NCBI GenBank assembly: GCA_963703225.1
Contig: OY969801.1
Coordinates: 288,001-352,000, forward strand
Source of the DNA: Candidatus Eiseniibacteriota bacterium
GTDB taxonomy: Bacteria; Eisenbacteria; RBG-16-71-46; SZUA-252
Direction: 5' to 3'
Length of the DNA: 64,000 bases
This document shows positions 60,117 to 64,000 of the stretch, in pieces. The notes below the pieces were generated by a model, which did no database searches, had not been told where the DNA came from, and worked only from the letters and a program-made list of their open reading frames with translations. The translations under genes were made by a program, and so were the position numbers. Each line of letters opens with the position of its first letter. Position 1 is the first letter of the stretch.

Positions 60117-60698
60117 GTGGAATGGAAAGCGCCCACATCGCCGACGGCGTCGCTCGCCGACTGGGTTCGTCCGGTTCCCGATTGGCCGAGGCGGGGCATC
60201 CTCTTCCGCGACCTGACCCCACTCTGGGCGGACGGCCGCGCCTGGGCGCGGGCCGTGGCGGCGCTCGCCCGCCCGTTCGATGCTGATCCGCCGGCGATGG
60301 TGCTGGGAATTGAAGCGCGAGGCTTTCTCGTGGCCTCCGCGCTCGCCGCCCGCTGGGGAGCCGGGATCGCGCTCGCCCGAAAGCCGGGCAAGCTCCCGGC
60401 CGCGGCGCATCGCGAGGAATACGAGCTGGAGTACGGCCGCGCGTCGCTCGAGTCGCATCGGGATTTGCTTCAGCCGGGGGCGCGGGTCTTGATCGCGGAC
60501 GACGTGATCGCGACCGCCGGCACGGCGATGGCCGCGCTCGCGCTACTCCGGGCGCTTCGGTGCGCGCCGATCGGATTCGCGTTCGTCGTGGAGATCGCCT
60601 ACCTCGCCGGCCGCGCCAAGCTGGGCGACTCGATCCCGGTTCACAGCGTGATCGTCTACGACAAGGACGGCGTGGAGAGGGTCAACGAAGCGGTTTGA
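60117..60698 (+). CDS. apt: Adenine phosphoribosyltransferase
   Basis: PDWPRRGILFRD, EARGF, RKPGKLP, LEYG and VLIADDVIATAGT. Confidence 0.93.
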   Translation: MEWKAPTSPTASLADWVRPVPDWPRRGILFRDLTPLWADGRAWARAVAALARPFDADPPAMVLGIEARGFLVASALAARWGAGIALARKPGKLPAAAHREEYELEYGRASLESHRDLLQPGARVLIADDVIATAGTAMAALALLRALRCAPIGFAFVVEIAYLAGRAKLGDSIPVHSVIVYDKDGVERVNEAV

Positions 60699-61482
60699 CC
60701 GCCCTGACCTTGATCGAGCGCACTGCGTCCCAAGCGCTATCGTCGATCGCCGACCGGGGCAGAAGATCTCCCGCGACCGCGTAGGAGTTCTCCTCCAGAA
60801 CCTCCGCCGATTCAAAGCCCGCCTTCCGGATGAACTCCAGATAGTCCTCCTTCATCGAGGCACCGGCGACGCATCCGACATAGGCCTCCACCGACTTCTT
60901 CACGGCGTCCGGAAGCGGGCGCGTGAGTACGAGGTCGCTCACCACCATCCGACCGCCCGGCTTGAGGACCCGCCACGCCTCGCCAAAGACCCGAGGCTTG
61001 TCCGGCGAGAGGTTGATCACGCAGTTGGAGATGATGAGATCGATGGTGGCGTCGCCGACGGGGAGGTGCTCGATCTCCCCGAGACGGAACTCGACGTTCG
61101 TGAAGGCACCCTTCTCGGCGTTCTCGCGGGCCCGCCGAAGCATCACGGCGGTCATGTCGACGCCGATCACCCGCCCCTCGGGCCCCACCTCGCGCGCCGC
61201 GAGGAACGCGTCGATCCCCGCGCCGGAGCCGAGGTCGAGGACGGTCTCTCCACGCCGCGCTTGGGCGTGGGCGAGCGGGTTGCCGCATCCGAGGCCAAGG
61301 TTCGAGCCCTCCGGAACCGCCTTCGCCTGCTCCTCCGTGTAGCCGAGCGACGTGAGCCCGCCCTCCTCGCGGCAGCCGCAACCGCAGCCTGCTCCTTCAC
61401 CGCAACAACCGACGCCGGTCCCCTCGACGATCGCGCCGTACTTTTCCCGCACCACGTCCCGAATGTCCGTCGTTTCACTCAT
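60682..61482 (-). CDS. arsM: Arsenite S-adenosylmethionine methyltransferase
   Basis: N-terminal [25 protein letters not shown] and GCVAGA; downstream of an ArsR gene. Confidence 0.88.
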   Translation of the reverse strand: MSETTDIRDVVREKYGAIVEGTGVGCCGEGAGCGCGCREEGGLTSLGYTEEQAKAVPEGSNLGLGCGNPLAHAQARRGETVLDLGSGAGIDAFLAAREVGPEGRVIGVDMTAVMLRRARENAEKGAFTNVEFRLGEIEHLPVGDATIDLIISNCVINLSPDKPRVFGEAWRVLKPGGRMVVSDLVLTRPLPDAVKKSVEAYVGCVAGASMKEDYLEFIRKAGFESAEVLEENSYAVAGDLLPRSAIDDSAWDAVRSIKVRAVKPLR

Positions 61483-61838
61483 CGCGCGCTCCTCTCTTCG
61501 GTGGTAATCAACTCTCGCAGCAGTGAAGAAAATCGCTTTCCCGCTTCCGGCTGGACGCAGTAACAGACCCGCGGTCCGTCGATCTCGCCCTGGATCCAGC
61601 CGGCGTCCTTGAGCACCTTGAGGTGCTGGGAAATGGTCGCTTGCGCCAAGGGAAGCCGATTCACGATGTCCCCGCAGATGCACTCGCCCTGGCCCAGCAA
61701 CAGCCGGACGATCGCCACGCGCGCGGGGTGGGCAAGCGCCTTGGCCAGGCGCGCCAGCTCGTCGTTCTCCGTGCCCCGCCGCGGACGCCCCGCGGTGCCC
61801 ACGCGGAGGGGGATCGCCCTCGATTCCACACGTTTCAT
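61479..61838 (-). CDS. arsR: ArsR family regulator
   Basis: [21 protein letters not shown] and VCYC. Confidence 0.88.
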   Translation of the reverse strand: MKRVESRAIPLRVGTAGRPRRGTENDELARLAKALAHPARVAIVRLLLGQGECICGDIVNRLPLAQATISQHLKVLKDAGWIQGEIDGPRVCYCVQPEAGKRFSSLLRELITTEERSAR

Positions 61839-61852
61839 CGGTGCCTCCAGGG

Positions 61853-61897
61853 TAAATCGTATATCGTCAATATACGATTTAGTGGCCCGCGTGTCAA
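61853..61897 (-). promoter_or_regulatory. Sigma70 promoter overlapped by ArsR operator palindrome
   Basis: TTGACA-17nt-TATATT; perfect 12-bp inverted repeat TAAATCGTATAT-N5-ATATACGATTTA at 61853-61881. Confidence 0.8.
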
Positions 61898-61930
61898 GAG
61901 CGATTCAAAAAGAATGCTATCCTCGCCGTC

Positions 61931-62869
61931 ATGCCCGCCTCGGCAGCGAGATCCGCAGCACAGGACTATCGCGCGGCCCGGGAAAAGGCCGCCCCGGTGG
62001 ACCTATCGGCCTGGACCGTCATGCGGTTACGGGGGGCTGACACCCGCAGCTTCCTCCAGGGAATCGCGACGCAGGACTTCGAAGGCCCTCCTTTGGCGGG
62101 CGCGCTCCCGACGTTGTTCCTGACCGAGAAGGGGCGCCCGGTCGCATTGGCGTGGGCCCAAGCCGCACCCGATGGGTTAAGTGCCTGGATCATCTCCGAT
62201 GAGGGGGCGCGGGAAACCCTGGGTCCACACTTCGAGCGATTTCGCGTCATGGAAGACGTGGAGTTCGATGGACCGGAGGGAATGCCGCGCTTGCTCGGAT
62301 TCGTGGGGCCGGAGCGCAACGCGCTCCTTCGTCACGCCGCGGCTTCGATTCCCGGTGCCGTGCTTCTCGAGAGCGACCCGATTTCGTTCCTCCTCGCGCC
62401 CGTGGGCGCTGCCGCCGCGCCGGTGGGGGTCGCCGCGGGGCCGCTTTCCTTCATGGATCCCTCTGCCTTCGAGGCGTGGCGACTCGCGGTCGGGCTTCCC
62501 CGCACGGGAATCGACCTCAATCCCGAGCGGATCGCGACCGAGCTGAGCTACCCCGATGCGATATCAATGACAAAGGGCTGCTATGTGGGGCAGGAAATCG
62601 TGTCGCGCACCTCCAATCGGGGGCAGGTGAGGCGTCAGCGTGTCGGATTTCGATTCGACTGGTCGGGGGAGCCGATCCCGGCGCGAACGGAGATCCGGGC
62701 GGGCGGGGCCGTCGCCGGCTACGTCACGAGCAGCGCCCCGGAGCCTGAAACGACTGAGGGACTCGGGATGGGCTTCCTCTCCACCGACCCACTCCAGCTC
62801 GGCCTCGAGGTGATCGCGGTCGATGGGGTGAAGTCGACCCATTTGCGGGTTGCGCCTTGGCCGCTTTGA
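61931..62869 (+). CDS. ygfZ: Folate-binding YgfZ/GcvT family protein
   Basis: G.D..SFLQG and KGCYVGQE signature. Confidence 0.85.
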   Translation: MPASAARSAAQDYRAAREKAAPVDLSAWTVMRLRGADTRSFLQGIATQDFEGPPLAGALPTLFLTEKGRPVALAWAQAAPDGLSAWIISDEGARETLGPHFERFRVMEDVEFDGPEGMPRLLGFVGPERNALLRHAAASIPGAVLLESDPISFLLAPVGAAAAPVGVAAGPLSFMDPSAFEAWRLAVGLPRTGIDLNPERIATELSYPDAISMTKGCYVGQEIVSRTSNRGQVRRQRVGFRFDWSGEPIPARTEIRAGGAVAGYVTSSAPEPETTEGLGMGFLSTDPLQLGLEVIAVDGVKSTHLRVAPWPL

Positions 62870-62948
62870 GTTTCTCTTCAAAGCCTTCGTCGACCGGCCT
62901 GGTAGTGCCTCATCTTGATGAGGCACCACCGCCCGCCGCCGTGGGTGG

Positions 62949-62977
62949 TTGACTTAAGTCCCTATATTTGATATACT
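62949..62977 (+). promoter_or_regulatory. Sigma70 promoter
   Basis: TTGACT-17nt-TATACT with extended -10 TG. Confidence 0.65.
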
Positions 62978-63111
62978 TCCGGCTTCGCTGGCGAAATTTC
63001 GCCCAGAGGTCGACGGCGCCCGCCGTCCCCCGACTCCAAGTCAACGCCAGCGCGCCGTGGCCCGCTCGGGATCCAACCCCGCTCTAGCGGCCCGGCATGA
63101 GGGGAGCAAGC

Positions 63112-63717
63112 ATGAGCCGCGCCATTCGTCTCGCCGCGGTCGCGTTTGCCGGGTTCGCATTCTTCAGCGCGAGCCTGGCCGGCGCCACCACGGTTCAGAA
63201 GTACACCGTGACGGACCTCGCCAAGAAATCGGACTCCATCGTCCGGGCACGGGTCGAGGGCCAGATCAGCCGATGGGGTGATACGAGGAAAGAGATTTAC
63301 ACCTACATCACGCTGAGCGTTCTGGAGTCGGTGAAGGGTGCCCCGAACGAGAAGACGGTCACGATCCGCCAGCTCGGGGGCTCCGTCGACAACCTGGTCT
63401 CGGTCGTCCCGGGCATGCCCTCCTTCAAGAATGGCGAGGAAGTCGTTCTCTTTCTCAGCAAGAAGGACCCGGCCGGCTACTCCTGGGTCGTGGGTCTCCA
63501 GCAGGGCAAGTACTCGGTCCTCACGGACGACAGCGGCATGAAGAACGTCCGGAACGAAATCCAAGGCCTTCGACTGCTCTCCCCGAATGGCGCCGCCACC
63601 GAGCAGCGTCAGACGGATCAGCTTCCGCTGGCCGCGTTCCTGGCGAAGATCAAGAGCGACCTGAAGCTCAATGGGATGATTCAGGTCGACAAGAGCCACC
63701 CCACCCCAATCAAGTAA
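63112..63717 (+). CDS. Secreted hypothetical protein
   Basis: Signal peptide; ATT...L...SD.IV, IYT, GG, GMP.F..GEEV.LFL and GLQQGK; GGAG RBS. Confidence 0.7.
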   Translation: MSRAIRLAAVAFAGFAFFSASLAGATTVQKYTVTDLAKKSDSIVRARVEGQISRWGDTRKEIYTYITLSVLESVKGAPNEKTVTIRQLGGSVDNLVSVVPGMPSFKNGEEVVLFLSKKDPAGYSWVVGLQQGKYSVLTDDSGMKNVRNEIQGLRLLSPNGAATEQRQTDQLPLAAFLAKIKSDLKLNGMIQVDKSHPTPIK

Positions 63718-63733
63718 AGGAGGGCGAGCCATC

Positions 63734-64000
63734 ATGAACCGCAATCAGATCCGCTTCGCCGTCCTGCTCTGCGGGGCGGTCTTGCTCCTCGTTTCGAATC
63801 CGGCTTCGGCGTTCGTCCGTATCGCGGGCCAGGCTTCTCCGGCGTCTCCGGTCGTGCAGGCGCACTGGCTCGATTCCGATCTGCCGCTGAGCAGCGTCAT
63901 CGACGCGACCAACAACGACCAGCCTACGGCCACGGCGTTGGCGGTGATCCAGGCGGCCGCGCAGACGTGGCAGGATATTCCCACCTGCTATTTCACCATC
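63734..64000 (+). CDS. Secreted protein, possibly the N-terminus of a matrixin-like metalloprotease (3'-truncated)
   Basis: AGGAGG RBS, signal peptide MNRNQIRFAVLLCGAVLLLVSNPASA and IQAAAQTWQDIP; the catalytic motif would lie outside the window. Confidence 0.5.
   Translation, partial: MNRNQIRFAVLLCGAVLLLVSNPASAFVRIAGQASPASPVVQAHWLDSDLPLSSVIDATNNDQPTATALAVIQAAAQTWQDIPTCYFTI

Overview
This is a high-GC (visually about 65-70%) bacterial window from a diderm organism, since it encodes TonB-dependent and beta-barrel proteins. The gene repertoire suggests an FCB-neighbour or Ca. Eisenbacteria-like genome, which is inference only. Most of it is housekeeping and catabolism: pabB/trpE-like, RidA, an ArsR-SRPBCC-VOC operon, acyl-CoA catabolism, dcd, miaB, M1/M16 peptidases, TPP-riboswitch thiamine salvage, fadD/thiolase/FadB-like, ndh, apt, arsR-arsM and ygfZ. 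Two accessory modules stand out. (1) At 6.2-10.1 kb is a compact class V-like lanthipeptide operon: a long precursor with three P-x-T-K-x4-C repeats, an APH-type kinase, and a HopA1-lyase/LanC-cyclase fusion. (2) At 41.7-48.7 kb is a visibly lower-GC signalling island: a TPR-sigma54 activator, a small secreted GDPDD peptide, a kinase-ATPase-TPR protein, and a tiny lipoprotein ending in tandem AGNNVNP repeats behind a near-consensus sigma54 promoter, resembling an undescribed peptide-signalling circuit. Also found were a selenoprotein missed by the ORF track (CxxU plus SECIS), two candidate ribosome-arrest leader ORFs, an unassigned structured intergenic RNA and many apparently leaderless genes. 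Several genes carry indels that are probably assembly errors. No rRNA, tRNA, CRISPR array or IS element was recognised.
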